From Balanoglossus misakiensis (Eukaryota; Animalia; Hemichordata), in the NCBI GenBank assembly GCA_040954595.2, contig CM082594.2, positions 270,208 through 334,207 of the forward strand: a DNA stretch of 64,000 nucleotides, read 5' to 3'. Position 1 is the stretch's first letter. Every line of letters begins with the position of its first letter. The position numbers and the translations under genes are program-made. The notes beneath the pieces were generated by a model. That model was not told the DNA's origin. It did no database searches and saw only the letters and a program-made list of their open reading frames with translations. Positions 25,875-38,600 of the stretch are shown in pieces.

Positions 25875-26622
25875 AGTCGCTTGCACACGTGCAATGATTA
25901 GGGCGCCCTTTTTGGGATTATAAAAGTTGGTAAACATTTCTTATCAGCGACTCAAATAGTTTTGCATTCACATGTGTATAAAAGGGACGGGATCACCGCA
26001 CTCAATGCGTCCACAGCAGCGTGGCTAAAGGTCGCAATGGCGGATTCAGTGATGTGTTTACTGTATATGTAGCTCTGGACTTATACCCAAACAGCGTATA
26101 AGTCCAGAGCTACTGTATATGGTACTCCTGAATTTGCTTTTTAAACGTCGCCGACGCCGATTTCATGGGCATTTGAATGAACCGATACCGGTTTATGGTA
26201 ACCTTTCATTGGAGGTTGCGCCTGGAAGTCTGCAGTCCATGCTACTAAATCGTCGTCGGAGGTCGAGTTTGCAATTCCTTTGTATGTGCCTTGGCCATTT
26301 CTGCGTCACTCCAATTGTTGCCTCGAGACACTGCTTCGGCCATTGTTTTAGTAAAGTGAACCTCAACGCTTAATGCAGCGCTTAATGAGACAAACCGCGC
26401 CGGCAGAGTGCGTTTAGATCGGCGTTTAGTGCGGTGTTTCTGTTCACACGTGATTTGAATCGCTGTTTAGTGCGGCGCCCCGACCCAGGTCCCACCCCTC
26501 AACACCGTCACAAAAAAGAGCGGCGCAGGGCCGCTCTCACCTTTTCACACGTGGCACTTACAAATTAACGCCGCCCTAGGGCAGCCGCTGGGGCGGCGTT
26601 GAGGGCACGTGAGAAAGGCACT
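25875..26622. mobile_element. Harbinger-like non-autonomous element with 3-bp TSD ACA
   Basis: AGTCGCTTGCACACGTGC ... GCACGTGAGAAAGGCACT; ACA duplicated at 25872-25874 and 26623-26625; empty site in copy A (~7611). Confidence 0.75.
26070..26112. mobile_element. 43-bp micro-element, TAG...CTA termini, 9-bp TSD (AcademH-like)
   Basis: ctgtatatg-TAGCTCTGGACTTATAC ccaaacagc GTATAAGTCCAGAGCTA-ctgtatatg. Confidence 0.75.
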
Positions 26623-26783
26623 ACAGAAGAGACCAATGTTTAACTGATTGTAACCATAGCAATATATAATCCCCAAACAATGTAGCCACAGAAGAGACCA
26701 ATGTTTAGCTGATTGTAACCATAGCAATATACAATCCCCAAACAATGTAGCCACAGAAGAGACCAAAATCCACAGTTACATAC

Positions 26784-26906
26784 CGCCACATGCATGGCCA
26801 TCTTCCAGCAGATAGAATCCTGGTCTGCAAGCGCAGAGATAACTACCATGGGTATTCATACAACAGTGTTGACATGCATTTCCACCACTGTGACATTCAT
26901 TCATAT
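26784..26906 (-). pseudogene. Calcium-binding EGF exon, copy B
   Basis: Copy of 7772-7894 (DMNECHSGGNACQHCCMNTHGSYLCACRPGF). About 855 bp of upstream intron present in copy A is missing, changing the polypyrimidine tract. Confidence 0.85.
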
Positions 26907-27646
26907 CTGGAGGGTCAGTTGCAGGTGCATGGCAGTACAATTGACATGATCCTTTAATTTTACAGTGCAATTATAAGATAATACTTACAAATCCTCCAGA
27001 CATTATTCTGAAGAGAGATATGTATGCTTCCTGGCTGTTATTCATAAACTGGAACTCCACAGTGCGTGAGTTTTGAAACATGGCACCAAGTGATTGATGT
27101 GGGGAAAAAATTGACTCCAATCACCATCCCTTGTGCAGGCCAAAGATCATGATATTGCCCTCGCTAACATGTGTTATTATTTAAATATTTCACCTCTACT
27201 TATGCAATGAATTAATGAATACAAAGTGTTGTAGGTCATCCAACACGAGAATGTCACTAACAAAATTATCATTGAGTTTCAAATCCCAAGTAACAGTGGA
27301 CTTATATAGTTTATCACCCAGATGAAATTTTTTATCTAAATCTGCTTCTGTCGTATAAGGTTGCTTTGTTAAGACATACAAAGGGAAATGATTGCATTGC
27401 ATGTACACTGTGTGCCTCTGGATGAAAGACCAATCTGTGTACTTCCTTGATGGGTACTACCACACGTTGTTCAGCCAAGCTCATAATTTGTGTAATGTGT
27501 ACCCTCCAAAGATACATCTGGAAGCACCCTAAAAATCAAATCGTTTATCGAAAAATGCTCACTATCCAACATGATCCAACCACAATAACCCCATTGACCT
27601 ACAGTCAATTGTTTTAATTAGTTATTTGTATGTGAGCTGTACACAC

Positions 27647-30600
27647 CTCTTGCCATTCCAAGGCTCCGTGCCAAACAACACTTTTCTGCTGTTGTTGTTG
27701 TTGTTGTTTTTGTTGTTGTGGATCAACTTGCTGCTGGTGAGTCAACTTGATGCACTTGAGCTGTAGAGGGCACTGGTATGTCCAGATCCATCGGTAGTGA
27801 AGTACTGGTATTATCCTGTAATAACACATACAAATCATGACTGTAAATAATTCTGTATTATATTATATCATGCTACCGTCCACAATTCTGATTGGATGAG
27901 AGCTCAATCCAGCGATGCTAAAATTAAGCAATAAAACACCCCCAGCCATGGTATACCACGAGATTTTGACCAGTTCACAACATATACGCACTCGCTATCG
28001 CTTGTGCGTATATGGAGTTGAACTGATCAAAATCGAGTGGTATACCATGGCTGGGGGTGTTTTATTGCTATTATATTATGCCGTTATATTGAAACTTTGC
28101 ATAAAACATTTTAAAAAGGCATTTTCTTTGACTATGATATATGACTGTGGTATATTGCTAATATATCACGGTCACGTGTCGTGTCTCGACCAATCAAATA
28201 GCGTGATTTACACCATCAATATACTGGTATAATATAATACTCAATAATGCACTGCTGAACTAGCATATGGCAGCAAAAATGTGCGGTTAAACCACAGTCG
28301 CGCATGTTTAAATCAAATAAATAAAACAAAAATACTGTTGAATGAACAGATGTTTCATTTTGGAACTGCTCTGTGAAAATATTTGTCACTTTGTCACGCG
28401 CGATGCCCGTCTTGTCACTTTTTGTCGTCTGCTTCATGTTTAATGCTCGATCCCGGCCGCTCGTGTTTACATTCATCGTCGTCATGTTAGTTCACGATCG
28501 TAATTTCAGTTTCGGTAAGAAAATGACACTGATATGCCACAAAAACAATTGTTGATATAATATAATGGCAATAACCCCCGCCTCAGTCGGGTATACACTT
28601 GATTTGGGTACAATTTCCTCCATATAGCACTCGCCTGACGGCTCGTGCTATATGTCTCGAATTGTACCCAAATATCGCGTATACCCGCCTTCAGTGGGGG
28701 TTATTGCTTAAATATCAATCACATGATCTGGCCATGTGACACAAAGCATTGTCATTTCCAGGTAATGGGAAAACAATATTGTGGTATCATGTTTCATTTT
28801 GGAACTGCTCTGTGAAAATATTTGTCACTTTGTCACGCGCGATGCCCGTCTTGTCACTTTTTGTCGTCTGCTTCATGTTTAATGCTCGATCCCGGCCGCT
28901 CGTGTTTACATTCATCGTCGTCATGTTAGTTCACGATCGTAATTTCAGTTTCGGTAAGAAAATGACACTGATATGCCACAAAAACAATTGTTGATATAAT
29001 ATAATGGCAATAACCCCCGCCTCAGTCGGGTATACACTTGATTTGGGTACAATTTCCTCCATATAGCACTCGCCTGACGGCTCGTGCTATATGTCTCGAA
29101 TTGTACCCAAATATCGCGTATACCCGCCTTCAGTGGGGGTTATTGCTTAAATATCAATCACATGATCTGGCCATGTGACACAAAGCATTGTCATTTCCAG
29201 GTAATGGGAAAACAATATTGTGGTATCCCGTATAATATTTTTCCATATGTGTTTATACTTTAGAACCACCAGACAGGTAACATGTATCAGTCATGGTGCC
29301 TCAACAGCATCTTGGCATTCGTCTGCACAGTCGTCATTTGCACCACATTGCTGAAATTCCCCGTTAGCTGGAAATTTGAATGCCAACGGAACTGCGTCTG
29401 ATGTCATTGATATCAAAGAAAATCTTTATCTACTGGTCATCCAATGTCCTCAGTTAAGACATCAAGCTGCCATCTTCTGATGTCATGTTAGGTAACAAAT
29501 TATACAAATGCAGTTCTATTAAAATACTGAAAAGTGATAAAATGTCACTTGCCAGGCAAAAGGGATAGATGGGTATTATAACTCAGTTCATAACATAACA
29601 TACCAATGACTGGTTTTGTACATGTACTTGTGGCTGTGTCAGAGTTCGAACAACATTGGTGCCAGTGGTGACAGGTGGATTCTTGCTAGCAGCTCACATT
29701 AGGTACTGTCGGTTGTGTTGACTGCACTCCTGTTTGCATCGATGACTGCATAAGTAAACAGAGTAGTATTAAATCGTTATTATAGTATACCAGTATATTG
29801 ATGGTGTAAATCACGCTATTTTATTGGTCGAGACACGACACGTGACTGTGATATATTAGTCATATACCACAGTTATTTATCATAGTCAAAGAAAATGCCT
29901 TTTTAAAATGTTTTATGCAAAGTTTCAATATACTGGCATGATATAATAGCAATAAAACACCTCCAGCCATGGTATACCACTCGATTTTGACCAGTTCAAC
30001 TCCATATACGCACTCGCTATCACTCGTGCGTATATGTCATGAACTGGTCAAAATCTCGTGATATACCATGGCTGGGAGTGTTTTATTGCTTAAATAACTC
30101 CAACATTAACTTTGGATATCAGCCGTGATGTCTTATTCTACTCTGTAAAACATTAAGAATTACCGTAATCACGCCAATAATTCAACCAGAAACAAATGGC
30201 TGGAAATTCACAGTAGGCAATTACGCACTGGTCCAACACTTCGAGGTTATAGAATAATTAATTATCGAAAGAATAGTGGAAGGTCGAACTAATGACACGG
30301 TTGAACAGATGGCACGATCAAGGTACTCAGAGTTTGGTTTTCAAACAATGGTGTTCTACATATTGTTCAACATTGTTATTGTTGAAAAATAAATTCTAGT
30401 CTGAGTTCATTTAATATACACAATGCCCATTACTCATGTACAAGTTCTGTTGAAAAGCTAAAGACTGAACATTTCATAAAGCTATCCAGAGCTGAACAAG
30501 AAACTAGGGTTAATTCCTTCAGTGAAAAATACTGAAAAAAAAAACAAATGTTAATTTGCCTTTAGCAGTTAGCAGAAAATGTCACCAAAATTTTACCATG

Positions 30601-33600
30601 ACATTGGCGTATTATACCATTGATAGGAGAATATGAAAAGGGGAACTTGAATATTTTTTTCCTCAGGTTTTGGCAAAGTATAATCAAACCAATCGAAATG
30701 ACTGCAGTGGCAACATAACATATTTGACAGTCAAATCTGCACATTAATTGACCCGTCTATAGAAGCCACCTGTCTATAAATGCCAGTTTAGGAAAGTCCC
30801 TTGACTGGCCAGTATAGACAGGTTTGACTGTACCTACCTCTTTGTGGCTGTGAATCAGTACCTGACCATCTCTAGGGTTTGGAGTTGATAGGATTCACAT
30901 CAGCAATTGGTGGAGTCTTACTGAACTGACTAGCATTTGCCATTTGCATGACACCTTCTACGGCTTTCAGTGCAGCAGCTGGTGCCTGCTGGGAAGTCAT
31001 CTTTGGTGGTGAAATTGCCTGTCCAAAAAGAGTAACAAACCTAGTTAGTATGGAGCATTATCAAGGCCAGTATTCAAACCACCATGTTTAATTCATGACT
31101 TCCAATTTTTAATTCGATGTTGAACTTGCAACTCTTGAAGTCCCATTTTCAACACACACACCGACATTTGGACAGGATTGGGTTTAGGCTTTTCACATTA
31201 ATCTCATTAAAATTGGAATTGATCTCTGAGTCTGTGGCATTATCCAAATAAGTCTTTGCATTGACAGAGTGGGCTTCTAGCAACCAAAACAGAAGTTTTG
31301 AATGTGTTTTGAAAAAAATAGTCTACTTTAAAGGCAATGGTAAGACAAGGCTATGTGAAACAGTCAAAAAAAGCTTTCAATTCACAGGATGGGTAACTAG
31401 AAACAGCTAATTTAAATCTCATAAAGTAGAAGATAGACCACAAGTGTACCTGGGTGGATGAAAATTGTCTCATGGAGATACTTGAAACAGTCACATTGGG
31501 ATGTGTCCTGCTTGCTGTGACAGTGGATACTGGTTGGTTTGGAAAAGCGGTAGGCTGGGCAGAAGGCATTGATGTCCTTTGAACTTGGCCCTGCATCTGG
31601 GGCTGACTTGGTTGAGTCAGTTTCTGTTGAGAGGACGACAGTTTTTTGTGGAGACTGACTTCCAATTTGACTTGGTTGTCCAGGTGACATGTGACAGATG
31701 CTACTCAAGGCATATACAAATACAAGATGGCGTAACTGAATCATAGTAATCTTTCTCATGGTTTTCATACACAGTAAGCTACCATGGGTATACCACACTT
31801 AACTACCAAGTCTGGATTTGTTGCAATCTGTCATGGATATCCCATAGGGTACTTTGACAGAGTAAATCAGACTGCATGAGTATTGGGTGATAAGTAATTA
31901 TAACTTGGGTAATTAAAATAACCAGTGCCTGGGAAAGTCATTAAAACCTGCAACTTGATTTGACTTGGTCAGCCTATAAGTGCTTCCCACTTGTTACAAC
32001 TTAGGATACATCTGATTAAAGCCCATGAGGCTAAGTGATGTTTTTTTCAGGAGGTGCCCCTGCCTGAAATAAACATACCTTGGCAGAGCAGCTTTACATA
32101 ATTCTACTATATATCACACTTCACTTGGAGGTGTAATTATGTGCGGACTTAATTTGACAATGGCTGGGAAGCAACACTGGAGACTTTACCTGGAGATGAT
32201 CTTCCAACAGTTGATTTGAGAGGATTTGAGGTCATACCAGAGGTAGGCCCTGTAACCATGGTAACTGTTGATGCAGGTTTCCGTGGATGTGTTGTGGTAG
32301 TGGTTGTAGTGGTTGCTATGGTTGTAGGTTTCACTATGGCATCCTCTTTCGTATCACCACTAGACACAGATTTTTCTGAAACACAATCATTACAAAAATG
32401 GAGGATTATAGAGTTGATGTAAAATTCTGCTGTGGATTCACACAATGTCACGAAACTTGTCTTGAACCTGTACCAGTGTTTCATCCAGGATTTAACCATG
32501 GAAACTGATTGCCCACCTTCCAACAATTTTCAGGAGGATGTGTAATTCATTGGCCACGCATTGAAATGATGGGGAATAATAGGCTTGGCTTGTGCAAGTA
32601 CTGCAACAGAATACACTGCATCACTCGCGAAATAACTTCTGTAAGCCTCAGATCGTGTGCAGAGGTCATGAAGTTCTGGCATATTTAGTATTAGCCAACC
32701 AAGAGCGAATAATAATATGTGATGTGTAATAAATATTAATAAAAATATTACAACCATTTTACGGAAGTACCGATTTAGGGTAATGAAAATTTTAACAACC
32801 ACAAAAAAGGTGTTCTACATCACCACAATATGATGAATTGGTTGTCAATGGCCATGTAAACAAGTTGTATATTTGTCCTTTGAACTTTAGAATCTGGATT
32901 TTATGATTTCAAATATTTGCTTAGCAACAGATACCCAAGCAGTCACGCAGTTACACCCATTGGAAAATGGTATCACCCACACCAAGGTGGGTGGAAGTTG
33001 GTCCTGGTGCTTTTTTTCCCATGATTCAAATTACAGTAAACGCCATATTAGAAATTCTGCCAACTTTCCCTCGATTTTGTAAAACAATCTGACGACTTAT
33101 ACATGACGAATATTTTTTTTTCTGAAAGAGTGACCTCAAAGCTACCAAATTATGTAGAAATTACCTGGACCGGATTTCCCCTTTAAGGATAGATTGTTCA
33201 AGACAAAAGTAATGGCTTGAATAGAATATTACATGCACATTTCTATTAAGGACACCTCTCTATTAAAGGGACAAAGTCTCTCTCTCGCTGCCCATTTTTC
33301 CATTAATAATGTTTGATACAAGACACTGTTTATGTTAATGTACATGTGTATATGTAGTGAATGAACGTTCAACCATACACAACTTCCATCCCGCGTGTAT
33401 GATATGGGAGTAAAAACTCACCCAAAACGAATAAATGGTAGAGACTGATTATTCATTTTGGCGAGTTTTTTCACTCTCATGTCCACAAGCAGTATATACT
33501 TTGTGTGTGGTTGAATGTTGATTCACTATATATCCACATGTAGAATAACATAAATAGTGTCTTGTAACAAATATAATTAATGGAATAAGGGGCAGCGAGC

Positions 33601-33920
33601 GGGAGAGAGAGCCTGTAACCCTTAAAGGACATGTTGTGTGATCCCAGAGGTGCCCTTACTAGGCAGGTTTCAATGTACTTTACACGTGAGTTGTACTTTA
33701 CTGTCGGTATGGAATCATTTCCTGGTTGACATGGTGAGCTTTACATACAGATAAACCACCTCAAAAAGTGGGGGCTATAACTAGAGAATGATCTTTAACC
33801 TCAGAATTTTACCATAATTACCTTGAATATCGTAAACTCTTCATATCGTCAAATAACTGCAATGCAGTACTCAGACCTTCAGAAATCATACTGTATTTCT
33901 CACCTGCTCCTGACAAAAAT
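27647..33920 (-). pseudogene. MED25: Partial MED25 pseudogene, copy B (exons 33920-33822, 32375-32190, 31700-31450, 31018-30838, 29745-29604, 27815-27647)
   Basis: vWA exon [18 protein letters not shown]; S/T/Q/P-rich exons with GT-AG ends; SQQAPAAALKAVE resembling MED25 AAQVAAQNAVE; last exon VVWHGALEWQE. Frameshifts in at least two exons; other vWA and ACID exons not found. Middle exon boundaries are less certain. Confidence 0.75.
28350..29227. repeat. Apparently perfect 439-bp tandem duplication containing a Crypton-like hairpin
   Basis: 28350-28788 repeated at 28789-29227; hairpin centred on cactcgcctgacggctcgtg ending ttattgcttaa. Confidence 0.9.
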
Positions 33921-34084
33921 CTGAAATACAACACAGTACAATTATTTAACAAAAGGTGTATGTAAACAATGTCTACTCCGATTGTAGACAGATTTTGTTA
34001 AACATTTTATGAAACATTTAAAGGTAGGAACCTCTAATAAAAGCCAGTGAGTCAAAGGACAAAACTGAGACAATGTCCCTTTAA

Positions 34085-34169
34085 CCCTTTCACCCCCAGT
34101 TCCTTCTATACAGGTTGAACCTTTTCATAGATAACAATGGGTTTAGACTGAACCTTGGTTGTGAAAGGG
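34085..34169. mobile_element. 85-bp piggyBac-like MITE
   Basis: TTAA-CCCTTTCAC ... GTGAAAGGG-TTAA. Confidence 0.7.
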
Positions 34170-34218
34170 TTAATGGGCTTCCATAATGAGTGTTCTTTAA
34201 AATAAGAGGGTGTTACTT

Positions 34219-34332
34219 AAGGGTTATTACACTAAGTTTTGCCGATAACGCATCATATTTGAGTGATGTCCGTATTATGGACATCACGAGGATGCATCAC
34301 GTTATCGACCAAACTTAGTGTAATAACCCCTT
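34219..34332. repeat. Imperfect hairpin/palindrome
   Basis: aagggttattacactaagttt ... aaacttagtgtaataacccctt. Confidence 0.75.
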
Positions 34333-35619
34333 TATCATACATGAACAGTAACCCATTGCCAAGTGTGACAGGGTGATGCGATCAGGTGATCAACGTATAG
34401 GCCGTAGTATCATTCTAAGAGGGTTGGTAGCTTTCATTATGATGGGGCATGTGATTCAGGTCCCCCCCCCCATCTACCTTAGCTGAGCTTTGGATCGCTT
34501 CGCCAAAGTTTATATGACAAGGGTGTTAGCCCATTCCTATAACATTTGGCTAGCTATATCGTTTATTATTAATGAATTAATTAATATGACTGACTGACTG
34601 ACTGACTGACTTAATGGATGAATGAATCAATCAATCAATCACCCAGACATGGCCTGGAAGGATTCACCCCCTGTTGAGATGTTGGCACCCCCTAGCAAAT
34701 TGTCATGGGTGGGGTGGTCAGTGGCCCTTAAAATGATGTCACTCACATGATAGAGATATTAATTACATAACTCTTTTCCAGAGTGTGCTCTATTTACAGT
34801 CTGCACTATATACAGATACATGTGTAATGATATTTCAATTACTTTTGGAATCACAGGACAGTAGAAAGGTTGATTGAACAAAAGGTTTTTGAAATTCACT
34901 CACCATGTATTGGAACAGCTCTTACAGACATCACATCATCATTCAACGCTAAATCTTCGTAACTTTTACATACTGTTAATATAAATATAATTACTTTTCT
35001 TTAAATATCATCCAAATATTACAATGTTTCTAGCAATTTCATAAACTGCATTAAGATAATACTGTGTGTATGATATATACTTTGTGGATAGGATACAGAT
35101 CTTTGCTTATTACCAAGAATATAACACCATGTGTTTGGATTTTAAATGCAGTTCGGAGCTGACTGTGTTGCATTTTGACTGCAAAATTAAAATATTTAGT
35201 TACATTTCCTTGCATTTAGTGTTGAAAATGTCACTTTCAGCTTTAAAATGAGCACTGATATCTATGGAACTAGGAGAATTGTGCTTTCTACAACATACAA
35301 TATTTACATTTAATCAAACAACAGGAGGATATTTGACAGTCAATCAATAAATATGACATACATATGAGTTGCATGTACAAAACTAGACACATGTATGCAT
35401 GTGATATTTAAAGGGACATTAACTGTAACATATGCTCTACCCAGAACTCCACTTGTCAACATAATCTGTATGTGTGTAACGGCTATTTAAATGAATTCTA
35501 GTCCAGACTTGAATTCAAATTTAGAATAACAATACTGACTAGACACACCTATATTTCATCATGATTCAGGGATCTGAAGAAGACACTGCAGTAAATACTT
35601 AAAACAAAAATATTGAAAA

Positions 35620-38600
35620 TTAAAGCTGCAAGCAGCGTTGGCGGGGCACAAGCGGTTCCCGTGGTGACCAGCAAATGCCACGGCTGTATCTGCTGGGGAT
35701 ACCAATATATGGGAAAGTAGGTCAAAGGTCACCTGAGGTCACCCCAAATTTGGCCAAAAAAAATTGGACCCCATACTAGTCTAGATCCAACAAAAAACCA
35801 GACCCCTAGCCCTATTGGTTCGCCTGCAATTAGATATGCATATAATTAATGAGGTCTTGTGTAAGACTCCATTATGTGCTCAATCCCCATAAAAGCCAGG
35901 GCTCTAACTGCTCTGGATGCTGAGATATGGGAAAGTAGATCAAAGGTCACCCAAGGTCACCCAAAATTAGGGCATAAAATTTTGATCCCAGAGTGGGCCA
36001 TGTCCAACCAATACCAGACCTCTAGCCCTATTGGGTAGCATGGAATTAGATATGCATAAAAATGATGTTTCAGAAATAGGTCAAAGGTCATTGTCAAAAT
36101 TACCAAAATATTTGTGTCATGTTCTGGCAGCATTGGTACCCATGTCCACAAAATTCATGACTGTGGTGCTTTGACAAGAGGAGGTATGGGGAATATGCAT
36201 ATATAATTATTTGTTTTAAAACTGGGTCAAAGGTCATGTGAAAATTGCCCCGAAAAATTGTGACAACTTCCGGTCATATGATGACTCATATCCAAAAAAA
36301 GAATTTCCATGCTGTCAACATTTTGGCTACAAAACGGAATTATCACTTTTCAATGGTTTTCCGAAAATCCAACATGGCCGCCATAATGATCGACCAATCA
36401 CATTGCGCTTCGCAAACTTGATAGACATAGGTTAGGTGACCACATATCCCAAATCCCGAGACTCGGTAACCGCTGGTTCTGGAGAAGAAGATTTTTAAAG
36501 TTATAAGTAGTTTTTCAGAAAAACAATTGTAGCAAAAAACCTTTATGTATGACGTCATGATTTTATGGGGTAAAATGATGGACATAAGGTAGGCTACCTG
36601 CACACCAAATTTGAACTCGATCGGCCCAGTGGTTTTTAAGAAGGACTCATTTAATGATTTTCAGGAAATCCAATATGGCCGCCAGGTCACGTGACTAATT
36701 AAATATTCACGAGCCACTGCACGTCTACTCATTGGCCCCTACCACCCTACCAAGTTTCAGCCCCCTAGGTGCTGCGGTTTTCCAGATCTACCTGGCCGAT
36801 TATTTGCAGAAGAAGAATAATAATAAAGAATTAAAGCTGCGAGCAGCATTGTCGGGCCCAAGCGCTGATCTTGAATTATATATGCACAGTATGAATTAGA
36901 AGAAACAGAATTTTCTATCGGATGTATTATCTCATGACATAACAAGGATGTGGGTATTTTTGCTGCTGAAATAGGGTGAAGTAGGTCAAAGGTCACCTGA
37001 GGTCACCCAACATTTGGGCAATTTTTTTTATCCATACTGGTCCATGTCCAACAAAAACCAAAACTCTAGCTCTGATGGTTCACCTGTAATTAGGTATGTG
37101 CATATTTAATGAGGTCAGCAGGTGTCACAGGTGACCCAAAAATTTGGCTTTACATTTTGGTCCCATCCTACCAAATGCAATGGCTGTATCTGCTCTGGAT
37201 GCTGAGATATGAGAAAGTAGGTCAAAGGTCACCAGAGGTCACCCAACATTTGGGCAAAAAAATTTGATCCCATACTGGTCCATGTCCAACAAAAACAAAA
37301 CCTCTAGCTCTATTGGTTCGCCTGTAATTAGCTATGTACATAATTAATGAGGTCAGCTGGGGTCAAAGGGGTCATGAAAAGTAGCAAAATATTTTGATCA
37401 CACACTAATTCACATTCATCAAAAACCAAACGTCTAGCCCTATAGGTTAGCCTGGAATTAGATATGCAGAAATAATAACGCGTGATAAGTAGGTCAAAGG
37501 TCATGTGAAAAATCACAAAAAAATTGTAACATATTTTAGTCACATGACGATTGATATCCATAAAAACAATTTGTATGCTATCAAATTTTAGACTAGAAAA
37601 AGGAATTTCAAATTTTCACTGCTTTTTACAAAATCCAATATGGCCGCCATAATCTTCGACCAATCACAATGCTCTTTGCAAACTTGATAGACATCAGTGT
37701 AGTGACCATACTCCCCGAATCTTGCAACTCAGTCATCGCCCGTTCTGGAGAAGAAGATTTTTGGAGTTTAACTATGGTTTTTCGTAAATCCAATATGGCC
37801 GCCATAATCTTCGACCAATCACAATGATCTTCGCAAACTTGATAGACATCAGTTAGGTGACCACATACCCCAAACCTCGTGTCTCGGTTATCACCGGTTC
37901 TGGAGAAGAAGATTTTTGAAATTTTGACCAGATTTCAGAAAAACAACTGTAGCAAAAAAACTGCAACATTGACAGCAAAATATCCAATTACAAAAATGAT
38001 GGGCAGAAGGTACACTACCTGCACACCAAATCTGAAGTCGATCTGACTTGTAGTTTCTGAGATCTGAGATTTGCATTTTTTCAGAAAATCCAATATGGCC
38101 GCCAGGTCACGTGACTAATTACGTATTCACAAGTCACTGCACATCTACTCATTGACCTTGACCACTGTAGCAAGTTTGAGCAGTGTACCTGCAGTAGTTT
38201 CTGAGATTTAGTTGGCCGAAGAATTGACACAAGAAAAAAGAAAGAATTAAAGCTGCAAGCAGCATTGTCGGGCCCAAGCGCTGATCTTGAATTATATATG
38301 CACAGTATGAATGAGAAAAAACAGAATTTTCTATCGTATGTATTATCTGATGACATAACAAGGATGTGTGTATTTTTGCTGCTGAAATAGGGTGAAGTAG
38401 GTCAAAGGTCACCAGAGGTCACGCAACATTTGGGCAAAAAATTTTGATCCCACACTGGTCCATGTCCAACAAAAAACAAAACTCTAGCTCTATTGGTTCG
38501 CCTGTAATTAGGTATGTGCATATTTAATGAGGTCAGCAGGTGTCACAGGTGACTCAAAAATGTGGCTTTACATTTCGGTCCCATCCTACCAAATGCCATG

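Larger units (their letters stand above)
21502..34385. repeat. Segmental duplication, copy B (probably extends further left)
   Basis: Same blocks as copy A; ORF translations are duplicated (e.g. 4094..4552 vs 23180..23614, 9436..9660 vs 27614..27838). Confidence 0.95.

Noticed and set aside
29260-29490. Plus-strand peptides (MVPQQHL, PTELRLMSLISKKIF) resembling the MED25 ACID domain
   Set aside because: Wrong strand and position relative to the other MED25 exons, with stops between motifs and spacing too short. Probably chance; a minus-strand low-complexity exon is equally plausible.
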